DNA of 64,000 bases from Octopus sinensis (lineage: Eukaryota): assembly GCF_006345805.1 (NCBI RefSeq), contig NC_043002.1:1302001-1366000 (forward strand). The letters run 5' to 3'. Below the pieces are notes generated by a model. That model was not told the origin of the DNA, searched no databases, and saw only the letters and a program-made list of their open reading frames with translations. The translations under genes and the position numbers were made by a program. Shown here piece after piece: positions 13,356 through 25,959 of the stretch (within the stretch, counting starts at the first letter, position 1; each line of letters opens with the position of its first letter).

Positions 13356-14780
13356 GCAACTAACTTCTGAATGGTAACTTTTATAGCACTCTCCTCTCTC
13401 TTCCGTATTATAACATCTCTAAACTTAGTAAACATAACAAAAACCGTAACCAAGAACACATCAATCTGTGCACATGCGTTAATAGCATCTTCTATCTCGA
13501 ATCTTACTGCATGGCTAAAGTTATCGTCCGCTAATGTTTAGTTAAAAGCACCAGTTGAGACAAATCTCTGTCTGAACCGAAATTCATTTAAATCAACAGT
13601 TTTAATTTCGCATGCATCAACCAAGAAACAATGGCAAACAAATTCCATTTGCGTCATTTATTGACACTTAAAGGGGAATTCTAAAACGTCTTAAATTATG
13701 CGTGTGCATGTTTGTGTGTGTTTGTGTGTGTGTATATGGTGTTATACATTCTAGAGCTAAAAAATATAAGAAACAATAACCATAGCAATCTTTTCCAACA
13801 CGGAGAGGTATTTAATCCTTTTGGGGGTAAAACTTTCTTACTCAGTGGTTATTCATAAAGATTCCGGACTATATTCATACAAAATTGAAGTCATACGATG
13901 CTTATCCCAGCAGACCATCTTCTCACACCTCTAACAATCACTTAGACTTCTTCCCTATACCTGTGTTTATCGGTTTGTGTGCTTTTATATTATTGTTTGG
14001 GTCGATCGCTTTATAAACCAGTTTGACTTGCTAAATTCGCCCCTTAACAAGCAGCTTTTCACCTTCATCGTTGCTAATCGTTGTAAATTCTTCTACACAC
14101 TATCCGCCCGGCTATTCCCCTTGTATGTCAGTAGTGTATTTTATTTATTTTTATTTCTGAACGGTTACACTTTTTAACCGACTCCATTCACATTTCATCT
14201 TCATTTCATATTTGGTGAGATATTCTCAGGAGTAACACGAAACTGCATGATTACTTTCTAAATCTGAGTTTATCAAATAAAACCAATCTTTTGTTTGACA
14301 TAAAATTATAACAAAACTGGTAAATAACAACTTTCTCTCAAACATTTATCGCTTGATTTCATCCATTGTGAAATGTTAAAAAAATATTTACCTCGGATAT
14401 AATAGCAGAAGTACAAGCTGGTAGTTTTTCTCAATAGTAAGCAATAGAAATAGTTGCGACCAATTTATGAATTCCATGAAAGTCGTGAATAAAATAAATC
14501 TTCAGATTTTCTACAAAACTCCCTGGCTTGAAGAAAATTCGGTTGTTGTTTATTTGTTCTGTCGAGGATTCGAGCGCAGTGTTTAGTAGACTAAAATGAA
14601 TAAGTGCAATGACGCATAAAAAGATAAAAAAATAAGTAGCAGCCAAAACTGTCGTCACAACCAGAGAACTTTAGCCAGAAAATGATTACAACATCAAAAG
14701 AATAAATACAAATGGAGTTGAAAAAGGGAAACCATGCTTATCTGTGTATGTGTATATCTATCTATCTATCTATCTATCTA

Positions 14781-15001
14781 TTGCCCACAAGGGGCTAAAC
14801 ATAGAGGAGACAAACAAGGACAGACAAAGGGATTAAGTCGATTATATCGACCCCAGTGCGAAACTGGTACTTTATTTATCGATGCCGAAAGGATGAAAGG
14901 TAAAGTCGACCCCGGCGGAATTTGAACTCACAACGTAACGGCAGACGAAATACCGCTAAGCATTTCGCCCGGCGCTCTAACGTGTCTGCCAGCTAGCCGC
15001 C
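14781..15001 (-). mobile_element. SINE family 1, full length
   Basis: Closely similar to 5532-5762 and 57481-57710; embedded in (TCTA)n. Confidence 0.9.
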
Positions 15002-15122
15002 CTATCTATCTATATACATACATACCGGAGTAAACACATAAATGTGAAACAAGGTGGAAAAAAGAGTACTCAAATACCAGTGGTAGAGTAATATGCTTTA
15101 TTTTAAGCAGCAGAAAATTCAA

Positions 15123-15172
15123 CAAAATCTGTTACTCTGAGTTTCTCGTTGCCGTTCATCAGACAGTTTTTG
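15123..15172 (-). ncRNA. minimal type-I hammerhead ribozyme motif
   Basis: Minus strand: caaaaacugu-CUGAUGA-acg(gcaa)cga-GAAA-cuc(a)gag-UA-acagauuuug. Full core and GUA cleavage triplet; one mismatch at the base of stem II. Confidence 0.7.
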
Positions 15173-15357
15173 CTAGAATGGAACATATATATAAATTCAA
15201 TCTATACTCTTACAAACGCTACACCTTTAAAAAGAAATGGACTTGTTTGATTGGCCCTTTAGAAAAAACGGTCAATCTTCGAGCGATAAACAAAAAGGTC
15301 AAAAATATATGTATATATATATATATAAAAAAACTTGTAGCACATGTTTGTAGCACA

Positions 15358-15431
15358 TGTTTGTCTCCTCTATGTTTAGCCCCTTGTGGGCAATAGATAG
15401 ATAGATAGATAGATAGATATACACATACACA
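15358..15431 (+). repeat. exact 74-bp inverted copy of 14743-14816
   Basis: Perfect reverse complement, including six TCTA units and the copy-specific variant agaggagac. Confidence 0.9.
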
Positions 15432-15649
15432 AAAACGGTAGCACATGCTTGAGAGCCACACTGTATGAAAAGGTTTCCTGACTCGTTCTGTAGCGCGCCA
15501 ACAGATGACAGCACACAGTTATGTGCACAGTGAGACCTAGCAGTCACCTCCATAGGGCAGTGTGCCGAGTGATATTACTATATTTACTTTGCAAGTTGTA
15601 ATATTTGGGTTTTTGTGATCACGTGCATGGTAAAGTTGGCGATTTTGAC

Positions 15650-15905
15650 ATGGGCAGGAAGCTGGAATAAAGAGACAACGTGAAATTTTGCGTTAAATAT
15701 GGGATGTCTGTCATAGAGTCATTGAGCATGCTTCAGCAAGCTGACGATGACGAGGCAATGGGTCGTACGCAATGTTTCGGGTGGGACGGACGGACGCTCC
15801 ACAAGCGGAAGACCGTCCCTGGAAGACGACGAGCGATCTGGAAGACCTACCAAGGAAAGAGTCACCCACGGAAATGTGGAGAAAATTCGTCAGCTTGTGC
15901 GCATG
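15650..15905 (+). mobile_element. mariner transposase N-terminal fragment
   Basis: VKFCVKYG..ESLSMLQQA..EAMGRTQCFGW and SLEDDERSGRP (HTH region), frameshifted. Confidence 0.8.
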
Positions 15906-16030
15906 CTCAGCTATCCTAGAAACAGCTGTAAGAGACGTTACGCATTTATTGTAACTGCTCTGCACTACGCTTATATAAATGAAATGTTTTAGAATGATGC
16001 CAAATGTTTTCAATATTCATTATTTGTTTA

Positions 16031-16033
<3 letters not shown>

Positions 16034-16127
<94 letters not shown>
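16034..16127. repeat. (CA)n microsatellite
   Basis: Directly visible. Confidence 0.95.
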
Positions 16128-16129
<2 letters not shown>

Positions 16130-16150
16130 CTTTCTCTATATATAATTATA

Positions 16151-16426
16151 CAATTGCAGCGTGGAAGGTGTTTATAAACAATTTAAAACACACAAAACCA
16201 GTTAGATTCACTTCAACATTTAAATTTAATTTGCCAAAATATTTTTTTGCTTTGAAAACTGCAACCTGTTCACTGACAAAATTCCGTGCTGTATCTGGAT
16301 TTTATCAGTGAACAGGTCACGGTCTCAAAGCGACGAAAATATTTTGACAAATTAAATTTAGATGTGAAGTGAATCTGTTTTTGTGTGTTTTTAAATGGCT
16401 TATAAACACCTTCCACGTTGCAATTG
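16151..16426. repeat. fold-back inverted repeat with about 130-bp arms, likely paired Penelope-type terminal repeats
   Basis: Ends caattgcagcgtggaaggtgtttataa / ttataaacaccttccacgttgcaattg; arms pair to about 16283/16298. Confidence 0.9.
16301..16351 (+). ncRNA. hammerhead-like motif with G3:C8 core variant
   Basis: uuuauca-GUGAACA-g-gucac(ggucucaaa)gcgac-GAAA-auau-UU-ugacaaa. A second, more decayed copy lies on the minus strand at about 16230-16280. Confidence 0.55.
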
Positions 16427-16917
16427 CTTATGTTTCAACACACGATTTCAGATTAGGTCACTTGCTATGCATGTACATATCTGTAATATAATTATATATA
16501 TATATGTCTGTATGCCTGTGTGTGTGAATGTGTGTGTGTTTGAGTGTATGCTTGTGTCTATTTGTGTCTATATGTGAGCGTGTAAGTGTGTGTATGTGTG
16601 TAATTCAGGACAGTGAAGAAAGAATAGATATGCAGTGTCTTCTGTTGTAATCGATCGTTACCTTCCTGAATGAAGACTCAAAGAAAAGTCAGCCATTTTT
16701 CAAAGATTAAAATATTTTAATCTCTGAGAAATGAAAAACGAACATTCATGTTATAAAGGAAAGCGGTTTTGCTTTGTTTCTGCTGTGACATCCAATGGCA
16801 ATATTTATCTCTTAATTTAAAGTTATATCATGTGTTAGAATACACAAGATAAGAGAAAACAATGTCTATATAGAAACGTGATTTCAGTGTTTCAATTTAA
16901 TACGTGCATAGTGTGCG

Positions 16918-17041
<124 letters not shown>

Positions 17042-17217
17042 GAGGAGTATTCTTTGAATCGATACAGTTTATTAGAATTTTTTGGCATGGGTCCGGTGAA
17101 ATATTTCACTCCTAAAACCATCTAACCACTCCAAAATTGGATGGATGGCTTTCTACTTCCTACAGCAAGAAGATCAAGTTCCTATTGTAGGATACTTTTG
17201 AGTTTTTGTCTGAAATC

Positions 17218-17261
<44 letters not shown>

Positions 17262-17262
<1 letters not shown>

Positions 17263-17835
17263 TATTATTATTATTACATGAAAAATCCCAATGATGAAGG
17301 TGTCAGCTGTCCACAACTGCCAAACTAAGGTGACATTTTTTACCGGTCATGCTTCAAGAACCCTGCCAAGAATTCTTGCAGTTCCAAGCAATGATGATTT
17401 TTGGAGGTGTTCTACCTTCACACTTGCACCAATTTTTTTCAGCCAAGTTGGTAGTTGAGTGCTGATACTTCCAAATGCACCAATTACTATTGGCATCACG
17501 TCGACTCTCTTCATTGACCGCAACCTTCGTATTTCTCACTTCAAATCGTCATAGTTGTTTATTTTTTTCTCCTCTTTTTGTCACCGGGACATGCTATGTC
17601 GATTATCATACATGTTCTTTCTTTTTGATTCACAACAACGTCCTGTTTCCGATGTCTGGTCATTGCATCCCACAGCATTTTGCAATTCTCATTTTCGGTG
17701 ACTCCTTCTGCAGTTTTCTCATACTACGTTTTTGCTCTTTGTAGGCCCTGATTTCCACACTGCTCCCAATGGATCATTCTTGCTACATTGTCATGGCGTA
17801 TTTTGCATTCGAGTTGTTACAATTTCAGGCATTCG
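17262..17835 (-). mobile_element. R4/Dong-like 3' end (lineage C) with (TAA)n tail
   Basis: Nucleotide homology to 8680-9180; RLE C-terminus ends RVLEA*, then a short 3' UTR and (TAA)n. Confidence 0.8.
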
Positions 17836-17871
17836 CATAACCGCTTCACTCCTCTCACTACACATTCTGCA

Positions 17872-18015
17872 TTCTTCTTCTTCTCTTTCTTCTTTCTCCT
17901 CTTCTTCTTCTTCTTCTTCTTCTTCTTCTTCTTCTTCTTCTTCTTCTTCTTCTTCTTCTTCTTCTTCTTCTTCTTCTTCTTCTCTTCTTCTTCTTCTTCT
18001 TCTTCTTCTTCTTTC
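17872..18015. repeat. (TTC)n microsatellite
   Basis: Directly visible; source of the poly-K/F/S ORFs. Confidence 0.95.
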
Positions 18016-18018
18016 TCA

Positions 18019-21000
18019 TTATTATTATTAAGTGGTCTTGTACCTTGGGTATATGCTCTGGTTTGTTGGGATGCTCTTATTTTCACTGTATCGAAAGTGT
18101 GTTACATAGGATGTGTGCAATGCCTTGTAGTGCTATTTTCTGTATGTTATATATACTTGTAAGTCATGGTGTTTTTTCTATGTGTTTGTGTGAATGTTTT
18201 TCTATCATATCTAATGCGTCTACTGTTTCTGTTTTTTGGCTCCACATTCGAGTTACCTCTATTTCCAAAATTCCGTTTCTTTTAGAGAAACGTTGCCATC
18301 TGTTGGTATTGATATACCAATTAGAAAGCATTTGTTTTCTTGGTGATCTCTGACAACTATATCCGGCTTATTAGCCTTGATTTCTCTGTGTGTATTGGCA
18401 CATCACAGAGTATGGTTGCTTTCTCATTTTCTATGACCTTTTCTCGGATGTGCCTCTGCCATTTTTATGTTGTTATTCCACAATACTGGCATAGTTTCCA
18501 GTGTATGTAGGTTCCAACTCTGTCATGTCTGTGAATATATTCCTTCTTTGCCAGGACTGGGCAGCCATAAACAATATGATTTATTGTTCTTTCCCCATCA
18601 CCACATATTATGCAGTTACTTGTCTTTTCATTACGTGTTTTTGGTGATTTGTGGTGGGAAGTCTTTGATCTTGTGTTGCAATTAAAAATCCTTCAGTCTC
18701 ATCTTTGAGTCCTGGGCTTCTAAGCCATTGTTGGGAGTTTGGTTTGTCTATTTCCTTTCTGTATACTTTAATCCAATATTTGCCATGTAGGGGATTTTCT
18801 TGCCATCGGTTTTATCGTGATCCACTGCTCTTCTAGTTTTAGCTTGGATTTCAGTTGTTTTACAGCTTTTTTTGTTTCTTCCTTTTCTTCATAATTGTTT
18901 GGTACTATGACTTCTTTTTTGTTTTTGTCAGCTTCCTAAAAGACAGAAAACAGTTTTTTGCTTTGTTCGTGCTTTGTGGTTATTTGTACCAGTTTTCCTT
19001 GCTACTGAAGTAGATTTTTGTAATCGTATAGTGGTTATTTTGTAATAGTTTCTAGCTGAAAAAAGCCTCAACCACCTTTGATACGTTGTACATATAAAAT
19101 TTCCATATCCTAAATCTTGTCATTATTTTTCTTGTTTTCCTGTCTATTTTGATTTAGTTCATTTAGATTCCAGTCAAGAATATTGTAGTTGTAACTTATA
19201 ACTGGCACGGCTAGTGTGTTGATAATTATTATCTTGTTTTTCGCATTGTGCTCTTTTCATTATTAATCAAACCCGTCTATAATATTCCTTTCTTATCTTC
19301 TCTTTCATTTGTGTGTGTTGTATCTTATCTCGTTCATTGATTCTCAAGTATTTGTATATCTGGCTTTGGTCTAATTCTCTCATCTCATTTGCTTTATCGA
19401 GCATGATGTTGTTACTCGTAACTAGTTTTCCTCTTTTCAAGGCTGCTTTGGCACATTTGGTAAATCCATGTACTGTCTGTATTAATATTTTAAGCTGTTT
19501 ATCATTTGTAGCATACAGTTTTAGATTATCCATATACAAGAGATGGTTGATTGTTTTGCTGTAACAGTTGTATCTATATCCAGTTCTGTTTAGCATGTCA
19601 GATAAAGGTGTCATTGCTAAGCAGAAAAGGAATGGAGAAAGCGTGACTCCCTGGACTATTTCTCCTCTAATGGGGATGGCTTTAGTTTTTATGAGTCCCT
19701 CTTTTGACTGGGGCTGTAGCGCTGTTTTCCATTTATTCATGAAATATTTTATATATTTCATGATTATTTCTGCTACCTTGTTCATGGCTAGTGTTTCTAG
19801 GATCCACGTGTGGGGAATACCATCAAAAGCCTTTCGATTATCGATCTAAGCCATAGTTAGACCCTTCTTCTTTCTTCGGCTGCCTTCAGTTATGGCTTTA
19901 TTGATCAGCAGCTGATCTTTACAGCCGTATGAGTCCTTGCAATATCCTTTCTGCTCTTCTGGAAACATGTTATTTTCTTCCAGATGTTTGCCCATTCTCT
20001 GCAATATTATTGCAGTAAAGACTTCGTAAATTCTAAGGAGACAAGTTATAGGTCTGTAATTTATGGGTTTGCCGTTTCAGTGGATTTTGGAATTAAGATA
20101 GTTTCCCTTCTGCGAGCCATTCAGGCTTTGTCTCTGGCTCTGCTAGTATTTCATTAAATTTCTATGTATTCCTGTGAGATACACACGAGAAGCTGTGGAT
20201 CTTATCGCAATCGGTTGTCTTATAGTTGCTTAGCTTTTGCTGTGCCTGGGTGACCTCTTCAGTTGTTATAAAAGCCCAGAATTATTCAGCTGCTGTTTTT
20301 TTAAATTTTGATATATCTTTTCTGTGGTTGTTCCTTCGCCGACCATATTTCTTTCCAAAATTCTTTCACTTCTTCTGCTCTTGGCGCTGCTGTATTGATC
20401 TCTATTATATTTTTACCAAGTTCTCGGTAGAATCTTTTGGGGTTTGAGTTGAACTGTTTCCCATACCGGCGGATTCTTTGTACTTTAGCGAGGATATCTT
20501 GCTTTAGCTTTTCTTTTACCTCAGGAATACTTTCTCCTGTAAGTTTATATGTTTGTAGTATTTTTCTTCTCTTCTTGTTTACCAGTGTTCATTGTCTACT
20601 AGTTTCATTAAGGATTGACAAATCCTTTCTCTTATTTTCTATTTTTTCTGGATATTATTTATCCAAAGGGTTTGTTTGGGTGGTGATGCTCCTGTTTGTA
20701 TGGATGTGAAGGGTATCCAGCTTCTTTTGTGGCCACGGAGGCTGCTGCATATATTATATCATTTAACCTGGTCATATTGACATTTGTTTCTGTGACGGCC
20801 AGTTTCATGTTATTTATTATTGATGTTGTTCTATTATCAATTTTAATTTTTGCGAGTCATAATCGGTGGTCCATACTGAGATCTGTGGCTTTCAATTCTT
20901 TGCTTAGGCTTATCTTTGATAGTATCACAATCATTAGTTTCACCATCGCTGTTTCCAGGTTTTTGATTTGTTTCGCATTCCCTCCCGTTCAGATTTTTTG

Positions 21001-21270
21001 CCTGTGGTGTTCTGGTTTCGAGCATTTTGCTCATAAGTATACATTTCTACGGGTTGTCTTTCGTTACTCACTTCATTTTTGTTGGACATGTTACATCTGT
21101 TTTCGTATTTTACGGTGATTATGATATTAGTCGGAATTGCTGTGTGGTTATTATTTACGTTTACCTGAGTGCTCTATTTTTGTTTCTAATATTTTTTGCT
21201 TTGAGAATATATCTGCGTATGTTAGCTAGTTTACTAGGGTTCATTGCTATATCCAAATCTTTATCTCGAT
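18019..21270 (-). mobile_element. near full-length degraded R4/Dong-like retrotransposon (lineage D)
   Basis: RT motifs QG..LSPFLFCLAMTPL and NHLLYMDNLKLYA (ORF 19267-19785). Upstream YRPITCL, EQKG..GCKDQLLINKAI and KAFD..PH. RLE remnant near 18100-18450 and a (TAA)n tail at 18019-18030. Confidence 0.88.
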
Positions 21271-22015
21271 TATTTTTCTTTCAGATTTTAAATGCTAACT
21301 CTGGGAAGTCTCACACAATTGGAGAAACATTGCTTCGCCCAGTTATCGAAGAGGCTTTGTCAACCGTTATGCACGAAAAACCTGATAACATTATGAAGAA
21401 GTTTCCACTTTGTAAAAACACAATTTCTCGACGCATCGATGAAAAGGGCAAACGATGTCAAGCATCAGCTCATTAATGTTCTCCACCGTTCTGAGTTTTC
21501 TATACAAGTGGATGAGTCAATTGTTGTCGACAATCAATGTTTGATGATGGTATACGTTCGGTATTTCAGTGAAGACCTTCAACCTTGTGAGGAAATACCG
21601 CTCACAGAGAAATTATCGCTTGATTCAAAAGGTGCGACTATTTTTTACACTCTCAAGTCTTTCCTTTTTGAACATAATATCCCACCCAGTAATATTCTTC
21701 CCTGTGCGTCTGATGGAGTCTTTCGATGAAAGGCAGATACAGAGGTTTTCATCTCTCCTTAAGCGTGAAATTTCCCACCAGATACTAACTGTTCATTGCC
21801 TGGCACACCGGCAGCATTTAGTGGCAAAAAATATGAACGGTAGATTGAATGATACGCTACAGTTAGTTATCAAGGCTGTGATCAAATTGATGTCCAGTCC
21901 CATGTCTGATAGAATTTTTCGTCAACTCTCTCAGAAATGATGGGGACCATACTAAACTCTTATACCATACCGAAGTGCGGTGGTTGTCAAAAGGAAACTG
22001 TGTTTTACGCTCTAT

Positions 22016-23146
22016 ATAATAATAATAATAATAATAATAATATAATAATAATAATAATAAAGGAAAGCAAAAAATTTGCTATTGATCTCGTGCAGGATAC
22101 CCAAACTGAACAACCCGAGGGAAGTACGGCAACTATTGTTGCAAAGAAGGTGAAAATGATGGCAATGAAAAAAGCACACGAGCAATTGGCTGATAGGTGG
22201 GAGGAGAAACCTCTGCACGGCAAATATGTGACCCGCAGCAAACAAGCTGATGTTGACCAGAAGCAAACCCATCAGTGGCTACGGAGCTCAGGGCTAAAAG
22301 CAGAGAGCGAAGGTTTCATCCTGGCTGCTCAAGATCAAAGCCTATTAACCCGGAACTACCAGGCCAATGTGATGAAAAATGGAGCAGACCCAAAATGCCG
22401 ATTCTGCAACGACATGATTGAAATAGTGGACCACCTAATCTCTGGATGTAAAGTCTTAGCACCAGTGGAGTATAAATTAAGACATGACAGAGTTGGCCAA
22501 TATCTACACTGGCTAATAAGTCGGCATTACAATATCAAAACTGCCGACAAGTGGTATAATCACCACCCTGAGGCTGTAACTGAAGGAGAAAACGTAACCA
22601 TTCTGTGGGACTTTCCAGTACATACAGACCGAACCATCAAGGCCAATAAACCAGATATTGTTGTGAAAGACCAAAACAATAAAGTTGCTTATTGATCGAC
22701 ATGAGCATCCCCTGTGATCATAATATCTCAGCGAAAGAGTTTGACAAGCTCAGAAAATATAAAGACCTCCTCATTGAAATTGAGAAAATGTGGCATCTCA
22801 AGGCGGTTACAATACCAGTGATCGTAGGAGCACTAGGAATGATCAAGAAGGGAACCGAAAATTATATGAGAATGATCCCTGGCTTACCATCCCTGCAAGA
22901 AGTGCAAAAGATTGTCTTAACTGGTACATCACACGTATTGAGAAGAGCATTGTCGATGTGAGAACTGTTGCTTCTCATGTATTTTAATTTAACTTTAAAA
23001 AAAAAAAAAATGAACGAACTATTGAGTTTGGTTTAATGGCCTACCAATGTATACCATGAGTTTCTTTGCCCTAGGAGTCGGGAAGACACTCGGCAAGAAA
23101 TGGAAGAAAATTTGAAAGAAGAGAAAAAAAAATAATAATAATAATG
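22016..23146 (+). mobile_element. 5'-truncated, well-preserved R4/Dong-like element (lineage B) flanked by (TAA)n
   Basis: LAAQDQSL, CRFC..DHLISGC..RHD (CCHC), PDIVV..IDMSIP..K (RLE) and IPVIVGALG, with one frameshift near 22690. (TAA)n on both sides. Confidence 0.92.
22060..22961 (+). pseudogene. retrotransposon ORF C-terminus (zinc knuckle + restriction-like endonuclease), frameshifted
   Basis: ORFs 21937-22695 and 22692-22961 join into one RLE domain. Confidence 0.85.
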
Positions 23147-23638
23147 AAATTATTGTATACAGTGCCCAGGTGCACCACAACTTGTCAGAAAGTGCGTATA
23201 AAGTATATGCAGTAATGTACAAATGTCTGGGAAGTGAACAGTGTATGAGTCAGATACATGCTTGTGTGTGTATGGAGGGGAGAAAACCAGGTGTAGTGTT
23301 GGCAAATGTCAGGAAGCATGGAAGTTTTGAAAGATGCAGTGCTCCGACAACTAACAACTGATGTCGGCAGTCTGTTCCATGCTTCAGCAACTCTTAGCAT
23401 GAAAAAATGTTTCCGAAAGTCATGGGAGCTGTGCTGTTTTCTGACTTTGTAAATATGTCCACGGGTGTTAGACAGGTGGAGTTTGAAAAGGTGCTCAGAG
23501 TTATTGTTTCTAAGATGGTTAATAATTTTATGGGTGTCTGCCAAGTCAGCTGCCAGGCGTCGGAGTTTCAATGTATCCATGCCCAGGGAAGTAAGGCTTT
23601 CAGAATATGGTAAACGCCTGATGGAGGGTATTCTCATA
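23147..23638 (-). mobile_element. CR1-type LINE 3' fragment
   Basis: LPYSE.L..LG..TL..RR..ADL, TRGH.YK and FF..RV.EAWN.LP. Same family as 40758-42570. Confidence 0.88.
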
Positions 23639-25959
23639 TCTTTCTTTGAAGATACTCCACTATCCGCTTCATTCATGGCTGCAAGGTGCGATATCTTATT
23701 CTTTGTGATATATTCACAAAATTAAATGATTTGAATATGTTATTGCAAGGAAACAGAAAAACTCTCGTTGATTGTAAATCATTTATCACAACTTTCCTTT
23801 CGAAATTGGTGTTGTATAAGACTAACATCAATTTCCACAATTTGATTCTTTCAAAGGTGAATTAGTTGATGAGGATTTAACTACATATCGCAACTATTTA
23901 CTATCATTGCACGATAACATGGTGGAGCGATTTCAAGATGTTATTGCGCTGAATATTCCAAATTGGTATAGCAATCCGTTTGAGGTCGATGCAGTCAATT
24001 GCGAGGATGACCTTCCGGAGGAATTGATAGAGTTACAAAATGACAATGACGCCACAATGCGATATCGCCGTAATGGCAAAGATGGTATGTGGTACCATCA
24101 GTGTATATTAAATTCTTACCGCAATCTGTGGGAACATCTGAAATTACTTTTGCTTGCCTTCCCTACCTCATACCCGGTTGAATCTGGTTTTAACCATGTT
24201 GGAACTTTACTTTCCCAAAAAAGAATTGGACTGGATGTGACACAACGAGGAGACTTGCGGCTAAAGTCGACAATTTAAAACCGAATATACCTGCACTAGC
24301 TGCAATTGCACCAGACACATGGTTCTCATTAAAAAGTTATATTATTTTACTTTATAAAACAACCATAAATTATTTTTGCATCGGTAGTTCTGATCAAGGG
24401 TTCATTTGGGGAAAATGAAAATCAGTGTAAAAGAAAGCGCAAGCTTCCAGAAGTTAATCTGTTCTGCATAATATAGAGTTAAAGTTAGAATTTTATTCAC
24501 ACTAATGGCAAAACTAAACCCGTAATGAGGGATTTGTAAACAACCGCATATTTAGTCCAAACGGCACTTACAGGGCAACGAGTCTAAAATATAGTGTGCG
24601 TATCAAATGATACAGGGAGTGGGTTTCCTGGGGAATTTTGCTTTAGGGAGGTTGTGTCCGGGTTTTAACAGCTGGGCGATGGAGAAGTTTTTGGCTGATA
24701 GTTGGGCGCTATTGCAATTTGGCGCGAAAAGTTTGGGAAACACTGGTGTAGAGGAAGTAACAGTTGTGGCAGAGGGAAAGAAATTCGGTGGTTGAGGTTG
24801 GTTTGTGTGAAATCCCCCGACAGTAGAAGCTGCTCTGACGCTATTAACTAGTCTCTCTCACTTCAGAGTGACCACGAGGATGACTTCCGCAGAGAAAACC
24901 TTATTTAGACTCCTAATCGTATTTCTGATTTATAAACGCACAGGAATTTGATTACAAATATATCAATATCTCGTTATGAGCAATATATTATATATTGCAT
25001 AGTCTTCAAATGCTAACTCATATTTAAACCTTCTATGAAAAGTTGTTCTGTCGACAATACACCGGAAAAATATCTATTTTGGAATGTTAATGGAACCAAT
25101 TAATGTTTTATTTTGAAGATAGCTGTGATTGGTAATACAGTGAAGAACATGTCCAATGCAGACAAACTCTCAAATGACTGTTTTCCTTTTTAAAAATGTG
25201 TAATTTGAAGCTGACATTCTTTTAGTTTTCTCGTTTCAGAAAACGTTCATTCGCGTTCGATAAATAAAACATTTGTAAAATGGCACGCTTAGCATTGTAG
25301 CTTGCACAATTACATTTCTCTGATTTCATTTCTATTTATGGAATATTACTAAAACTAAAAATCGAAAAGAAAACCCGTATTTTCAACTGCGTTACTGGAA
25401 ACACGTGTTTTTCCTAGGTTGCCAGCGTTTGCTAGTTTCCATTCGTTGCACGCCACACAATATATTACAAGCTAATTGTTTGCCACAAATTAATCCTGTG
25501 TTCGTTGATATATCCGGCAGCACTAAAATGTTTCCAATAAATTTGCGTGACTTTTGGAAAACAGAAAAATAGCGTTATGGCAAACTGTAAATTGAAACAA
25601 ATGGAAAAATGGTGCACTTTATAGTTTGATACTTTCATTTCCTAAAAAAAAAAAAAAGAAAAGAAATACCAATAACGTTTATTTGATGTCTTGCAAATAT
25701 ATGTAAACAATATATACAAATATATATAAAAACACTCGTTTTTTTTAGAGAAAGAAAGGATTTAAAGAATATTTCAATTTTATTTTAGTTAATAGATTTC
25801 AGCGATATAAAAATTTAGTGACATTTACAAATATCGGCTTCTGCTCGTCCTTCCTATCTCACCGAATATTAATACAAAATAAAACACCTGGAAGGGAACT
25901 GTTACTTCAAGTCTTTTTTTGTACGCTACACTCACTAGGAATTTCATGCAAGTTTTGTG

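Larger units (their letters stand above)
21290..24745 (+). mobile_element. hAT (Charlie/Buster-type) DNA transposon remnant, interrupted by two retroelements
   Basis: HTIGETL, NTISRRIDE, FSIQVDES, HCLAHRQHL and EVRWLSKG (21290-22015); resumes at 23640-24330 with FPTSYPVESGF. Right TIR gtttgggaaacactg (24731-24745) is followed by gtgtagag. Left end not found. Confidence 0.88.

Noticed and set aside
21290-24330. Domesticated host gene of ZBED5/SCAND3 type
   Set aside because: Multiple frameshifts, nested insertions and a retained TIR indicate a dead transposon.
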